A stretch of 32,000 nt of DNA from Erysipelotrichaceae bacterium OH741_COT-311 (lineage in GTDB: Bacteria; Bacillota_I; Bacilli_A; Erysipelotrichales; Erysipelotrichaceae). Shown here one piece after another: positions 1 to 9,631 of the stretch. The position numbers and the translations under genes are program-made. The notes beneath the pieces were generated by a model. It worked only from the letters and a program-made list of their open reading frames with translations, was not told where the DNA came from and searched no databases. The first letter of the stretch is position 1. Each line of letters starts with the position of its first letter. Location: positions 30,001 through 62,000 of the forward strand of contig RQZE01000001.1 in assembly GCA_003858585.1 (NCBI GenBank), in the 5' to 3' direction.

Positions 1-466
1 CATAAATACATATCGTCAACTTCCATTATTTACACGTAGTAACTATTTTATACAAGAAAAGAGTTTTCGATTGGATTATTTATATCAAAAATTGATTTAC
101 TATACTTCAACCATCGAACTATTACGTCAATCCATTACATTTAAACAACAAATGCTTATCAATTTATATCAACAAACGATGGATTTTTATCGTAAGAAAC
201 TGAATATAGATAAACAAGATTTAGAAAATCAGATATTAAATATATTTACCGCTTACAAAACAACTCTTGCTCAACAGATTGAATTAATGGATGCTTATTC
301 TCCACTTAAAGTGATAAAACGTGGATATAGCTTAACATATAGTCACCAACAACTTATTAAGTCTGTAAAAGATGTCTCTAAAGATATGGTTATAGAAACA
401 AAACTTAAAGATGGTAGTATTGTAAGCCTTGTAAAGGAGATAACGAATGACAAAATTAAATTTTGA
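1..466 (+). CDS. xseA: Exodeoxyribonuclease VII large subunit, C-terminal part; the 5' end lies upstream of the window
   Basis: The reading frame is open from nt 2 with no stop before TGA at 464-466, so the TTG at 71 in the ORF track is an internal codon. The C-terminal motif SPLKVIKRGYS is typical of XseA. The gene sits immediately upstream of xseB and overlaps it by 20 nt. Confidence 0.85.
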   Translation, partial: INTYRQLPLFTRSNYFIQEKSFRLDYLYQKLIYYTSTIELLRQSITFKQQMLINLYQQTMDFYRKKLNIDKQDLENQILNIFTAYKTTLAQQIELMDAYSPLKVIKRGYSLTYSHQQLIKSVKDVSKDMVIETKLKDGSIVSLVKEITNDKIKF

Positions 467-650
467 AGCTTCTATGAATCGTTTAGAAGAAATTGTATCA
501 TTACTTCAAAATAATGAAGTAGGGTTAGAAAACTCTTTGAAGTTATTTGAAGAAGGTTTGAGTTTAATTAAAACTCTAGATCGTGATTTGAAGAAATATG
601 AAGATAAAGTATCAAAACTTATTAATGATAAGGAACTGGAACATGAATAG
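447..650 (+). CDS. xseB: Exodeoxyribonuclease VII small subunit
   Basis: This 67-aa protein has the XseB-like N-terminus FEASMNRLEEIVSLLQN..LENSLKLFEEG. An AAGGAG RBS lies 7 nt upstream of the ATG. It follows xseA as in the B. subtilis xseA-xseB-ispA-dxs order. Confidence 0.9.
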   Translation: MTKLNFEASMNRLEEIVSLLQNNEVGLENSLKLFEEGLSLIKTLDRDLKKYEDKVSKLINDKELEHE

Positions 651-1482
651 TAACTTTGAACACATCTTGGAAAAAGCACTTGAAGAGATTAAAGATAGTC
701 GGGTAAAAGATGCAATGAGCTATTCTTTGTTTGCTAAAGGGAAGCGTTTGCGTCCGCAAATGGTATATGCTTTAGTAAATGATTATCAATGTGATATTCA
801 TTTGGCAAACCATTTTGCTGCTAGTCTTGAAATGATTCATACGTATTCTTTGATTCACGATGATTTACCTGCAATGGATGACGATGATTTTCGTCGAGGC
901 ATGAAAACATGTCATAATGAATTCAATGAAGCGATTGCGATATTAGCTGGAGATGGTCTTTTAACTTATGCCTTTCAACATATAACAAATGACGTGCTAT
1001 CTGATCAGCAAAAAGTAGCCCTGATACAACTTCTAGCTGATTGTAGTGGTGCAAATGGCATGATCTATGGGCAGATCAAAGACTTTGAAGCAGAATCTAC
1101 AAAGATTTGTGAAGATGACTTATTAGATATTCATTTGCATAAAACAGGTAAGCTTTTCGCTGCTGCTTTGATGGGAGCATGTATTATCAGTAAACATGAA
1201 GAAGATTTACAAAAATGGCAAGAAATAGGTTATAAACTTGGCATTGCATTTCAGATTAAAGATGATATTTTAGATGCAACTTCCAACTTTGAAACACTAG
1301 GTAAATCTTTAAGTGATGCGGATAATGGAAAAACAACGATATTATCTTTTTATGACCTTGTTCAAGCTGAACAGCTATATGAACGTTATTTTGATAATAT
1401 TTATCATTTACTTTCAACATTAAATAAAGAATTTACTACTATTAAAAATATGATTACATTATTGAAATTACGAAATAAATAA
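643..1482 (+). CDS. ispA: Farnesyl diphosphate synthase (polyprenyl synthetase family)
   Basis: The first Asp-rich motif is LIHDDLPAMDDDDFRRG and the second is FQIKDDILD. I prefer the ATG at 643, which has an AAGGA about 8 nt upstream and overlaps the xseB stop by 8 nt, over the ORF-track start at 598. Confidence 0.88.
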   Translation: MNSNFEHILEKALEEIKDSRVKDAMSYSLFAKGKRLRPQMVYALVNDYQCDIHLANHFAASLEMIHTYSLIHDDLPAMDDDDFRRGMKTCHNEFNEAIAILAGDGLLTYAFQHITNDVLSDQQKVALIQLLADCSGANGMIYGQIKDFEAESTKICEDDLLDIHLHKTGKLFAAALMGACIISKHEEDLQKWQEIGYKLGIAFQIKDDILDATSNFETLGKSLSDADNGKTTILSFYDLVQAEQLYERYFDNIYHLLSTLNKEFTTIKNMITLLKLRNK

Positions 1483-1496
1483 GTGGAGGATAATCT

Positions 1497-3368
1497 ATGG
1501 ATATTTTACAGATTAAATCACCTGATTTTTTAAAGGAATTGTCGTATAAGGAGCTTGATGAATTAGCTTGTGATATACGAAATTTTTTGATTAACTCCAT
1601 TAGTAAAACAGGGGGGCATTTATCAAGTAATCTTGGTGTCGTAGAATTAACCATTGCATTACATTATGTTTTTCGTTCTCCTAAAGATAAATTTTTATTT
1701 GATGTAGGACATCAAAGCTATGTACATAAAATTCTAACAGGACGTGCTGGAAGTTTTGATAGTTTAAGACAGTATAATGGTCTATCAGGATTTCAAAAAC
1801 GTAAAGAAAGTATTCACGATGTTTGGGAAGCTGGACATGCGGCAACAGCCTTATCAGGAGCTTTAGGTATGGCAATTGCACGTGATTTAAATAAAGAAAA
1901 CTATCATGTTGTTCCTATTGTTGGAGATGGTGCAATGATTAGTGGAATGTCTTTAGAAGCACTAAATCACATCGGTCATTTAAACAAAAATATGATTATT
2001 ATTTTTAATGACAATAATATGTCCATTTCTCAAAATGTTGGTTCTTTAACTAATGGATTTGCAAATTTACGTACATCTAAATCCTACAACAACGTTAAAG
2101 AAGAACTTCGTTCTATATTAAAAAATAATAAACTTGGTAGCAAAGTATTAGATAAAATGACAAGTATTAAAAACGTAATTAAAGAGAATGTTGTTCATAC
2201 CGGTATCTTTGGTGAATTAAACTTAGAGTATTTAGGTCCAGTGAATGGTCATAATATAAAAAGCTTAATCAATGTTTTAGAAGTAGCTAAAAAACATAAC
2301 GGTCCAGTTGTTGTACATGTAATTACAGAAAAGGGAAGAGGATATAAACATTCTCAAAATGATATTTTTGGTAGATGGCATGGCACTCCACCTTTTGATC
2401 CTAAAAATGGACAGGTATTATCTTCATTACCAAAGAATTTTCAATCATGGTCAAGTGTTATATCTTTAAATCTCGAACGTCTAGCAAAACAAGATAACGA
2501 TATTTTAGCTATTACACCCGCTATGATTACCGGTAGTAAGTTAGAAAGTTTTTTCAAACAATTTCCAGAACGTTCCTTTGATTGTGGAATTGCTGAAGAA
2601 CATGCGATGACTCTAGCAGCAGGACTTGCCAGTAGTGGTAAAAAACCTTTTTTATCTATTTATTCAACGTTTTTGCAAAGAAGTTATGACCAGCTTAATC
2701 ATGATGTAGCTCGAATGAATTTACCTGTTGTAATTGGTGTAGATCGAGCAGGCATTGTTGGAGAAGATGGACCAACCCATCAAGGAGTATTTGATATTTC
2801 TATGATGCGTAGTATTCCAAATATAATTATCTCGCAACCTAAAGACTCTCTTGAAGCAGGAAATTTATTATATACAGCATTCAATCAAAAGCATCCTTTT
2901 GTAATACGCTATCCAAGAGGAGCAACGTATTATCAAGAACAACCTTTTGAACATATTACTGTTGGTAGTTGGAAAGAACTAATTTACGATAACAACAATA
3001 AACTGAGTATCATAAGTTATGGACCAGAACTCTTAGAAATTCAAAAGCAAATAGAAGCATTACATCTGTCTGTTGATTTAATTAATGCAAGATTCATTAA
3101 ACCAATTGATACTACTTGTTTAAATAAACTCGCAGAAAAAAAGAAACAAATCATTGTGTATGAAACAGATATGGTAATGGGTGGTTTATCAAGTGCTATT
3201 ATTGAACATTACAATGATCAAGCTATTTCTATGATTGTCAAACGTATTGGAATTGAAGATGTTTTTGTGGAAGCCGGAGACTTAGCATCGGTTAAAAAGC
3301 ACTACAAAGTCGATTTAGATACATTATTTAAAGAGATAAAGACATATTATGATAAAGAGGTTGTATGA
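1497..3368 (+). CDS. dxs: 1-deoxy-D-xylulose-5-phosphate synthase (MEP pathway)
   Basis: The 623-aa protein carries the GHQSYVHKILTGR and GDGAMISGMSLEALN (ThDP-binding) motifs. A GGAGG RBS lies 7 nt upstream of the ATG. Confidence 0.95.
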   Translation: MDILQIKSPDFLKELSYKELDELACDIRNFLINSISKTGGHLSSNLGVVELTIALHYVFRSPKDKFLFDVGHQSYVHKILTGRAGSFDSLRQYNGLSGFQKRKESIHDVWEAGHAATALSGALGMAIARDLNKENYHVVPIVGDGAMISGMSLEALNHIGHLNKNMIIIFNDNNMSISQNVGSLTNGFANLRTSKSYNNVKEELRSILKNNKLGSKVLDKMTSIKNVIKENVVHTGIFGELNLEYLGPVNGHNIKSLINVLEVAKKHNGPVVVHVITEKGRGYKHSQNDIFGRWHGTPPFDPKNGQVLSSLPKNFQSWSSVISLNLERLAKQDNDILAITPAMITGSKLESFFKQFPERSFDCGIAEEHAMTLAAGLASSGKKPFLSIYSTFLQRSYDQLNHDVARMNLPVVIGVDRAGIVGEDGPTHQGVFDISMMRSIPNIIISQPKDSLEAGNLLYTAFNQKHPFVIRYPRGATYYQEQPFEHITVGSWKELIYDNNNKLSIISYGPELLEIQKQIEALHLSVDLINARFIKPIDTTCLNKLAEKKKQIIVYETDMVMGGLSSAIIEHYNDQAISMIVKRIGIEDVFVEAGDLASVKKHYKVDLDTLFKEIKTYYDKEVV

Positions 3369-5011
3369 TAAAAAGTATTTATATTAAAGATTTTGTCATT
3401 ATCGATGAAATTAACCTTGAATTTAATCAAGGCTTTTCTGCGTTTACTGGTGAAACCGGAGCTGGAAAATCTATTATCGTTGATGCGATTAGTTATTTAA
3501 AAGGGCAACGTATTGATGTCAGTGTTATTAAAAAAGGGGCAAGTCAAGCAATTATTGAAGGTGTATTCCTGATTGATGATTGTTTCGATTTAAAAGAAAA
3601 ACTAAAAGATGCTGAAATTGAAGTAGAAAATGAATTAATCATTACACGTATTATTTCACAACAAAAAAATAGTATCAAAATCAATCATCGTAATGTTACT
3701 CTATCTTTTTTAAAAGATTGTCTTAGCCAATATATTGACATCCACAGTCAACATGATTCCCAATACTTATTAGCTGCAAATAATCATATTCATTTATTAG
3801 ATACATATATTCAAGACACTACACTAATTAAAGAAGTAAAAGAAAAATATCTTCAATTAAAAAAGGCAGAAGAAGAATACGATATAGCAATTAATCAAAC
3901 CTATAATCTACAAGATTTAGACTATTTTAAGTTTCAATTAGAAGAAATTAATAATGCAGATATCAAAGAAAATGAAGATTTGGAGTTAGAAGAACAAGAA
4001 AAGCAATTAAAAACCTATGAAAAATCATTTGAAACAATAAATGCTCTTATTGAATTAATTGAACACAATCAGGTTTTGGCCCATATTTATACTTCATATA
4101 AAAAACTCAATGAATTATCTGAATTTGAAGAATTGGCTTCACGTTTGCATTCAGCTTATTTGGAGGTGGAAGATATTTATGAAAGTATTAATAATTATAT
4201 TCATTCTATAGATTATTCTCTAGATCAAGTAAATGAAATACAACAACGTCTATTTATTATTAATCGTTTAAAACGAAAATACCAATTTACAATTCAAGGT
4301 ATATTTAATGCAAAAAAAGAATTTGAAGAAAAAATTCATAACATTGAACATCGAAGCGTTGTTTTGGAGCAACTGCAAAAACAGCTACACATTGCAAAAG
4401 AGGAGTTTTACTTCGCATCAAATACCTTAAGTAAAATAAGAAAACAAAAAGCGCTTGAACTTGAAAAACACATACAACAACATTTAAAAGACTTGATGTT
4501 AAATAACGCTCAATTTAAAATCCAAATTTGTGAAGGTAAAGTAAGTAGTGATGGTATTGATGACGTTGAATTTTATGTCGCCATGAATTTGAATCAAAGT
4601 CTACAACCATTAACAAAAGTTGCTTCAGGAGGAGAACTTTCACGTTTAATGCTCGGGATTAAGACAGTTTTTAGTCAATTACAAGGAATTAAAACGATTA
4701 TTTTTGACGAAATCGATACAGGTGTAAGTGGACCGATCGCAAGTGTGATAGGTCAAAAAATGCTTGAAATTTCTATGAACACTCAAGTGTTTGCCGTTAC
4801 GCATCTTGCTCAAGTAGCTTCATGTAGTAATTATCATTATCACGTTTGTAAAAAAGATAAGGACACGCATACGGTAACTGATGTTACCTTATTAAATTAC
4901 CAACAGCGCATTGAGCAACTTGCTTATATATCTAATGATGTCTTATCTGAAAGTAGTTTAAAAGCTGCAGAAGAATTACTTAAAAAGAACCAACAAGATA
5001 TTTATGGCTAA
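3365..5011 (+). CDS. recN: DNA repair protein RecN
   Basis: The 548-aa protein has Walker A GETGAGKS, a long central coiled coil, an ABC signature ASGGELSR and Walker B IIFDEIDTG. Its start overlaps the dxs stop in an ATGA. Confidence 0.92.
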   Translation: MIKSIYIKDFVIIDEINLEFNQGFSAFTGETGAGKSIIVDAISYLKGQRIDVSVIKKGASQAIIEGVFLIDDCFDLKEKLKDAEIEVENELIITRIISQQKNSIKINHRNVTLSFLKDCLSQYIDIHSQHDSQYLLAANNHIHLLDTYIQDTTLIKEVKEKYLQLKKAEEEYDIAINQTYNLQDLDYFKFQLEEINNADIKENEDLELEEQEKQLKTYEKSFETINALIELIEHNQVLAHIYTSYKKLNELSEFEELASRLHSAYLEVEDIYESINNYIHSIDYSLDQVNEIQQRLFIINRLKRKYQFTIQGIFNAKKEFEEKIHNIEHRSVVLEQLQKQLHIAKEEFYFASNTLSKIRKQKALELEKHIQQHLKDLMLNNAQFKIQICEGKVSSDGIDDVEFYVAMNLNQSLQPLTKVASGGELSRLMLGIKTVFSQLQGIKTIIFDEIDTGVSGPIASVIGQKMLEISMNTQVFAVTHLAQVASCSNYHYHVCKKDKDTHTVTDVTLLNYQQRIEQLAYISNDVLSESSLKAAEELLKKNQQDIYG

Positions 5012-6161
5012 AGTCATTTTTCATATTGATTTAAATGCATTTTTTGCAAGTGCTGAAATACGTTTAAATCCTCAATTAAAAGATATACCACTCGCTATTT
5101 CTGGTTTTAGTAGTCGTAGTGTAGTATCTACTTGTAATTATATTGCTAGATCTTTTGGTATTAAATCCGCTATGAGTGTTGAAGTAGCAAAAAAACTATG
5201 TCCAAACTTAAAAATTTTAAATGGTAATTATGATTATTACAAACAATTGTCAGAATCATTTATTCAGCTTATTTCAAAGTATAGTACAATACTGGAACAA
5301 ACATCGATTGATGAATGCTATATTGATGTAACCGAACTTATCTTTAAATATGAAAAGCCATTAGATTTGGCTTATGAAATACAAAATAAAATTTTAACTT
5401 CCTTACAATTACCATCTTCAATAGGAATAGGACCCAATAAGTTACTTGCTAAAATGGCTTCTGATATGAAAAAACCAATGGGTATTACTGTTATTCGTAA
5501 GCGAGAAGTTCAACAAAAACTTTGGCCATTACCAATAGAAGAAATGCGTTATATTGGTAGTAAAACAGCCAATCTGCTTAAAAGCATTGGTATTTTTACC
5601 ATTTCTGACTTAGCCCAATACCAAGATTACATCCGTTTAAAACAAGTTCTTGGTAAAAACGCTACAATCATTCAAAAAATGGCTTTTGGTATTGATCATA
5701 GAGAACTTATTACAAACTATGAGCGTAAATCTATAGGCATATCAACAACGCTAAAAGAAGATACCTTTCAATATGAAATAATCAATGTAATCTTACATAA
5801 TCTATCCAGACAATTAGCCTATCGTTTACAGCAAAAAGGAATTATGGGTAATGTTATTATATTAACCATTAAGTATTTTGATTTTAAGACTGTAAATCGT
5901 AGTAAAAAATTGACTGAAAGCATTTGTTTGGAATCTTCGATTTATAATGAAATCATAAATCTTTATGAAGAAATCGAAGATACCATTCCGATACGTTTAT
6001 TAGGCATTTCTATTCATGGTTTAGATCAATATCAAGATACCAATCAACAATTAACTCTATTTGAACTAAAAAGACAAGAAACGCATCAAATTATTAATGA
6101 ATTAAATCAATCGTTAAAAACGAAACCATTAAAAACATTACATTCAATTTTAAAGAAATAA
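5004..6161 (+). CDS. dinB: DNA polymerase IV (Y-family translesion polymerase)
   Basis: The N-terminus is IFHIDLNAFFASAE and the catalytic motif SIDECYIDV is present. It overlaps recN by 8 nt. Confidence 0.9.
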   Translation: MAKVIFHIDLNAFFASAEIRLNPQLKDIPLAISGFSSRSVVSTCNYIARSFGIKSAMSVEVAKKLCPNLKILNGNYDYYKQLSESFIQLISKYSTILEQTSIDECYIDVTELIFKYEKPLDLAYEIQNKILTSLQLPSSIGIGPNKLLAKMASDMKKPMGITVIRKREVQQKLWPLPIEEMRYIGSKTANLLKSIGIFTISDLAQYQDYIRLKQVLGKNATIIQKMAFGIDHRELITNYERKSIGISTTLKEDTFQYEIINVILHNLSRQLAYRLQQKGIMGNVIILTIKYFDFKTVNRSKKLTESICLESSIYNEIINLYEEIEDTIPIRLLGISIHGLDQYQDTNQQLTLFELKRQETHQIINELNQSLKTKPLKTLHSILKK

Positions 6162-6199
6162 TGCTTTAAAAAATGTTATAATGTTCTAGAGGTTATTCT

Positions 6200-7105
6200 A
6201 TGAACATACATCACGCACTCAATGAATATTTTATTGAGATTGGTATTAATCAAGGTAAATCAATGCATACCATACAAATGTATCGTATACAGTTAAAGAA
6301 ATATGAACAATACTTAAATGAAAATCACATTATGGAAGTTCAACATATAACATTTTCAATCATCCAAGAATATTTACAGTCAATCCACCATCAGTATCAA
6401 TCTTCAACATTAGCTCATATCGCAACATCGATAAGAAATTTTCATAAATTTATTAAATTCAAATATGATATTAAAAATGTTGCAAGTAATTTAAAAGTTA
6501 AAAAAACTGAGAAAACATATCCGGTTTATTTAACAGTAGAAGAAATTAATGCAATCTTAAAACAATTTGATGATTCTCCAACTGGAATATGTAATAAAAC
6601 GATAATAGAAATGATATATGCTTTAGGGTTACGTGTTTCTGAATGTTGTAACTTAACGGTAAATCAAATTGATTTTCAATTAAATATTGTTAAAATACAA
6701 GGAAAAGGAGAAAAACAAAGGTTAATACCTATTCCGGAAGCATCAAAAGAGGTCATTTTACATTATTTTAATAACATACGACCACTTTGGGTTAAAAAAA
6801 ATACCAATCGATTCTTTATCAATCGCTTTTCAAAACCGATATACCCAAGATATGTCCAACTAATCCTTAAAGAAGCTGCTTTACAAACAGGTATCAATAA
6901 ACATGTCACACCACATAAGTTAAGGCATAGTTATGCAACGCATTTACTGGAAAATGGTGCTGATTTACGTTCTATACAAGAACTACTTGGACATCAAGAT
7001 GTAAAAACAACAGAAATTTATACGCATGTAAATAAAAAGAAATTAAAGGATACATATAAACAATATTTTGAAAATACTATGTTAAAAGGAGACTTGAGAA
7101 AATGA
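6200..7105 (+). CDS. xerD: Tyrosine recombinase, XerD-like
   Basis: Catalytic residues are intact: GLRVSE (Arg), [12 protein letters not shown] (HxxR) and [15 protein letters not shown] (His and Tyr). Its position directly upstream of deoB mirrors the B. subtilis ripX(xerD)-drm order. An AGAGG RBS lies 7 nt upstream of the ATG. Confidence 0.75.
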   Translation: MNIHHALNEYFIEIGINQGKSMHTIQMYRIQLKKYEQYLNENHIMEVQHITFSIIQEYLQSIHHQYQSSTLAHIATSIRNFHKFIKFKYDIKNVASNLKVKKTEKTYPVYLTVEEINAILKQFDDSPTGICNKTIIEMIYALGLRVSECCNLTVNQIDFQLNIVKIQGKGEKQRLIPIPEASKEVILHYFNNIRPLWVKKNTNRFFINRFSKPIYPRYVQLILKEAALQTGINKHVTPHKLRHSYATHLLENGADLRSIQELLGHQDVKTTEIYTHVNKKKLKDTYKQYFENTMLKGDLRK

Positions 7106-8286
7106 AAAAATTTAAACGTGTGTTTACGATTGTGATTGACTCTGCAGGGGTAGGGTATATGCCGGATGCTTATAAATATGGAGATGAAGGAGCAAATACC
7201 TTCAAACATATTGCCGAAAAAAACAACGGCTTAGTTTTACCTACTTTACATAAGCTAGGACTATATAATTTAGTTTCTATACCTGGTATGGAACCAAATA
7301 ATCAAACTATAGGCTATTACACAAAAATGATGGAAGCTTCATTAGGAAAAGATACTATGACCGGTCACTGGGAAATCATGGGATTATACATTGATAAACC
7401 GTTTATTACCTTTACCGAACATGGCTTTCCACAAGAATTGGTAGATGAACTAGAAAAACAAACTGGTTATAAATACATTGGAAATAAAGCCGCAAGTGGA
7501 ACAGAGATTCTAGATGAACTTGGACCAAGACATATAGAAACTAAAGAGTTAATTTTATATACTTCCGCTGACTCTGTACTTCAAATTGCAGCAAGTGAAG
7601 AAGTAATCGGTTTAGATGAATTATATCGTTGTTGTCAAATTGCTCGTGATATTACAATGAAAGATGAATGGAAAGTAGGAAGAGTCATTGCTCGTCCGTT
7701 TGTTGGTAAAGAAAAAGGAAGATTTACTCGTACTGCAAATCGTCATGATTATGCTTTAAAACCCTTTGGGAAAACTGTATTAGACAGTTTAAAAGAAAAT
7801 AACTATGATGTTATTGCTGTTGGTAAAATCAAAGATATTTTTGATGGCGAAGGTATTACTGATGCTTTAAAATCAAAAAGTTCTGTTCATGGTATGGAAC
7901 AAACAATTGAATTATTAGACCGTGACTTCAATGGACTTGTATTTACCAATTTAGTTGACTTTGATGCAAAGTGGGGGCACCGCAGAGATCCAATCGGCTA
8001 TGCAAATGAACTAATTAAATTTGATGAAAAACTTGCAACATTCATTGAAGGTATGCAAGATCATGATTTATTGATTGTTACTGCTGATCATGGAAATGAT
8101 CCTACATGGACCGGAACAGACCATACACGAGAAATGGTACCATTGTTCATTTATTCCAAATCCTTTACAGGAAGTGGTTTATTACCAATTAGAGAGACAT
8201 TTGCAGACCTAGGAGCTACAATAGCTGATAACTTCGATGTAGAAAATCCAGGTATTGGTAAATCAGTTTTAAATTTATTGAAATAA
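7102..8286 (+). CDS. deoB: Phosphopentomutase
   Basis: The 394-aa protein has the motifs [16 protein letters not shown] and ADHGNDPT typical of the alkaline-phosphatase-superfamily phosphopentomutase. Its start overlaps the xerD stop in an ATGA, and an AAGGAG lies upstream. Confidence 0.93.
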   Translation: MKKFKRVFTIVIDSAGVGYMPDAYKYGDEGANTFKHIAEKNNGLVLPTLHKLGLYNLVSIPGMEPNNQTIGYYTKMMEASLGKDTMTGHWEIMGLYIDKPFITFTEHGFPQELVDELEKQTGYKYIGNKAASGTEILDELGPRHIETKELILYTSADSVLQIAASEEVIGLDELYRCCQIARDITMKDEWKVGRVIARPFVGKEKGRFTRTANRHDYALKPFGKTVLDSLKENNYDVIAVGKIKDIFDGEGITDALKSKSSVHGMEQTIELLDRDFNGLVFTNLVDFDAKWGHRRDPIGYANELIKFDEKLATFIEGMQDHDLLIVTADHGNDPTWTGTDHTREMVPLFIYSKSFTGSGLLPIRETFADLGATIADNFDVENPGIGKSVLNLLK

Positions 8287-8288
8287 AA

Positions 8289-8312
8289 TTCGCATAATAA
8301 CCATTATGCGAA
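8289..8312 (+). terminator. Rho-independent terminator downstream of deoB
   Basis: A perfect 10-bp stem, ttcgcataat (8289-8298) pairing with attatgcgaa (8303-8312), has the loop aacc and is followed by the T-rich gttgtgtt. Confidence 0.7.
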
Positions 8313-8329
8313 GTTGTGTTATAAAAATA

Positions 8330-8355
8330 AAAAGTGGTACTTATATACCACTTTT
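8330..8355. terminator. Bidirectional rho-independent terminator serving hup on the minus strand and backing up deoB on the plus strand
   Basis: A perfect 10-bp stem, aaaagtggta (8330-8339) pairing with taccactttt (8346-8355), has the loop cttata. An A-run on one side and a T-run on the other give a U-tract in both orientations. It lies 3 nt from the hup stop codon. Confidence 0.8.
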
Positions 8356-8358
8356 TCA

Positions 8359-8640
8359 TTATTTAACTAAGTCTTTTAACGATTTTGCAGCCTTAAAGCC
8401 AACTGACTTACTTGCTGCGATTGTAATTTTTTCTTTTGTTGCAGGATTGATACCTGTGCGAGCTTTACGTACTTTTGTTTCAAATTTACCGAATCCGGCT
8501 AAATCAACTTTATTTCCATCTTTCAATGCTTCTGAAATTGTAGTTAAAATCAACTCCAATGTATCGTTAGCCTCTTTTTTTGTCATTCCATTTTTTTCAG
8601 CAATCACATCTACTAATGCTTTTTTATTCATTGTTGTCAT
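8359..8640 (-). CDS. hup: HU family DNA-binding protein
   Basis: MNKKALVDVIAEKNGMTKKEA...GFGKFETKVRKARTGINPATKEKITIAASK is a classic HU fold sequence. I chose the ATG at 8640 because AGGAGG lies 8 nt upstream and the predicted promoter -10 (8665-8670) lies inside the longer ORF-track version that starts at 8673. The ATG at 8631 is an alternative start. Confidence 0.9.
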   Translation of the reverse strand: MTTMNKKALVDVIAEKNGMTKKEANDTLELILTTISEALKDGNKVDLAGFGKFETKVRKARTGINPATKEKITIAASKSVGFKAAKSLKDLVK

Positions 8641-8664
8641 TTCTATTTCCTCCTGACCTAAACC

Positions 8665-8693
8665 ATTATACATGCTTTAATCCTGCAATTCAA
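8665..8693 (-). promoter_or_regulatory. Sigma-A type promoter for hup
   Basis: On the minus strand this reads TTGAAT (8693-8688), a 17-nt spacer, then TATAAT (8670-8665), upstream of the hup RBS. Confidence 0.6.
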
Positions 8694-8694
8694 T

Positions 8695-9630
8695 TTAGTT
8701 AATATATTTACAAGCACGCTTTTTTAATGCTTTTATTAATGCTTCTATATCTTTTATTGATAAGTGTTTTACACCGGCAGCAAAATAATGACCACCACCA
8801 TGATATTTTGAGGCAAGATCATTGACTTGCACACATCTTGAACGCAACGAACCATCAAAAACACCATCTGTAACTTCTGCAAAAATTGCCCATGTTGTTA
8901 TTTCTTTAATATTACCAAACTCAGAAACACAGTTTTTTGCCATGCTTACCGTTTGATTATATTGCTTAAGTTCATCTAATGATAAAACAATATATCCTAC
9001 ATGATTATCAATAATTAATTTTGATCTCAAATAGCTAATAAATTGAAATTCATCCAACGATTTATTAAAAATTCTTTGGTTAATATGTGCAATATTAATA
9101 TTTTTAGAAGCTAAAAACGATGCTAGAAACAATGTTTTTTCACTTGTACTAGGCGTTTTAAAACTTAAAGTATCTGTTAATAATCCATGATATAAATAAG
9201 TTGCACATTCTTTTGAAACAATTTTAACTGCTTGCATATCATAAAAGTATTGTGCTAAAATCTCACAAGTTGCAGCCATGTTAGAATATATATAATTGTA
9301 AGTACCATAAGTTTCATCACATGGATGATGATCTATTTTAATACTTTTATCTGCAAGTTTATAACGTTCATCATCAATTCTTTCGCTATTAGCCGTATCA
9401 AGAATAATCGCAAGAGACTGTTTCATTCTTTCTTCCTCAATAACATCCATCTTTGGAAACAATTCATCTTCTTGATTCCCTAAACAATATACATCTTTAT
9501 TCGGGTAGTTATCCTTAATCCATTGTTTTAAACCAAACTGTGAACCTAAGGCATCACAATCAGGATTTTGATGCCGAAAAATTGTAATGGTATTATACGT
9601 TTCAATTAGATGTAATAAATCCTCTAACAT
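8695..9630 (-). CDS. nrnA: DHH/DHHA1 phosphoesterase (NrnA-like oligoribonuclease / pAp phosphatase)
   Basis: The 311-aa protein has the motifs HQNPDCDALGS, KIDHHP and the DHHA1 motif GGGHYFAAG. Confidence 0.8.
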   Translation of the reverse strand: MLEDLLHLIETYNTITIFRHQNPDCDALGSQFGLKQWIKDNYPNKDVYCLGNQEDELFPKMDVIEEERMKQSLAIILDTANSERIDDERYKLADKSIKIDHHPCDETYGTYNYIYSNMAATCEILAQYFYDMQAVKIVSKECATYLYHGLLTDTLSFKTPSTSEKTLFLASFLASKNINIAHINQRIFNKSLDEFQFISYLRSKLIIDNHVGYIVLSLDELKQYNQTVSMAKNCVSEFGNIKEITTWAIFAEVTDGVFDGSLRSRCVQVNDLASKYHGGGHYFAAGVKHLSIKDIEALIKALKKRACKYIN

Positions 9631-9631
9631 A

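Noticed and set aside
1454-1881. Minus-strand ORFs 1454-1654 and 1681-1881 lie in this region.
   Set aside because: They are antisense to the ispA 3' end and dxs 5' region. They are short and have no signals or motifs.
6161-6200. I considered a possible dif-like Xer site or an extended -10 promoter (TGTTATAAT at 6174-6182) just upstream of xerD.
   Set aside because: Comparison with the B. subtilis dif sequence (ACTTCCTAGAATATATATTATGTAAACT) gives only a TCTAGAA match in one arm and nothing in the other. As a promoter, the -10 would place the transcription start at or inside the AGAGG RBS, so I do not call it as a feature.
6200-7105. The tyrosine recombinase might mark an integrated mobile element.
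   Set aside because: It sits in the conserved xerD-deoB context and is ATGA-coupled to deoB. There are no flanking repeats, no tRNA target, no phage or transposon genes, and no visible compositional shift.
8306-8656. A 116-aa plus-strand ORF lies between deoB and nrnA.
   Set aside because: It is exactly antisense to the well-supported HU gene and starts inside the deoB terminator hairpin. It has no RBS, and its translation is a low-complexity hydrophobic shadow of hup.
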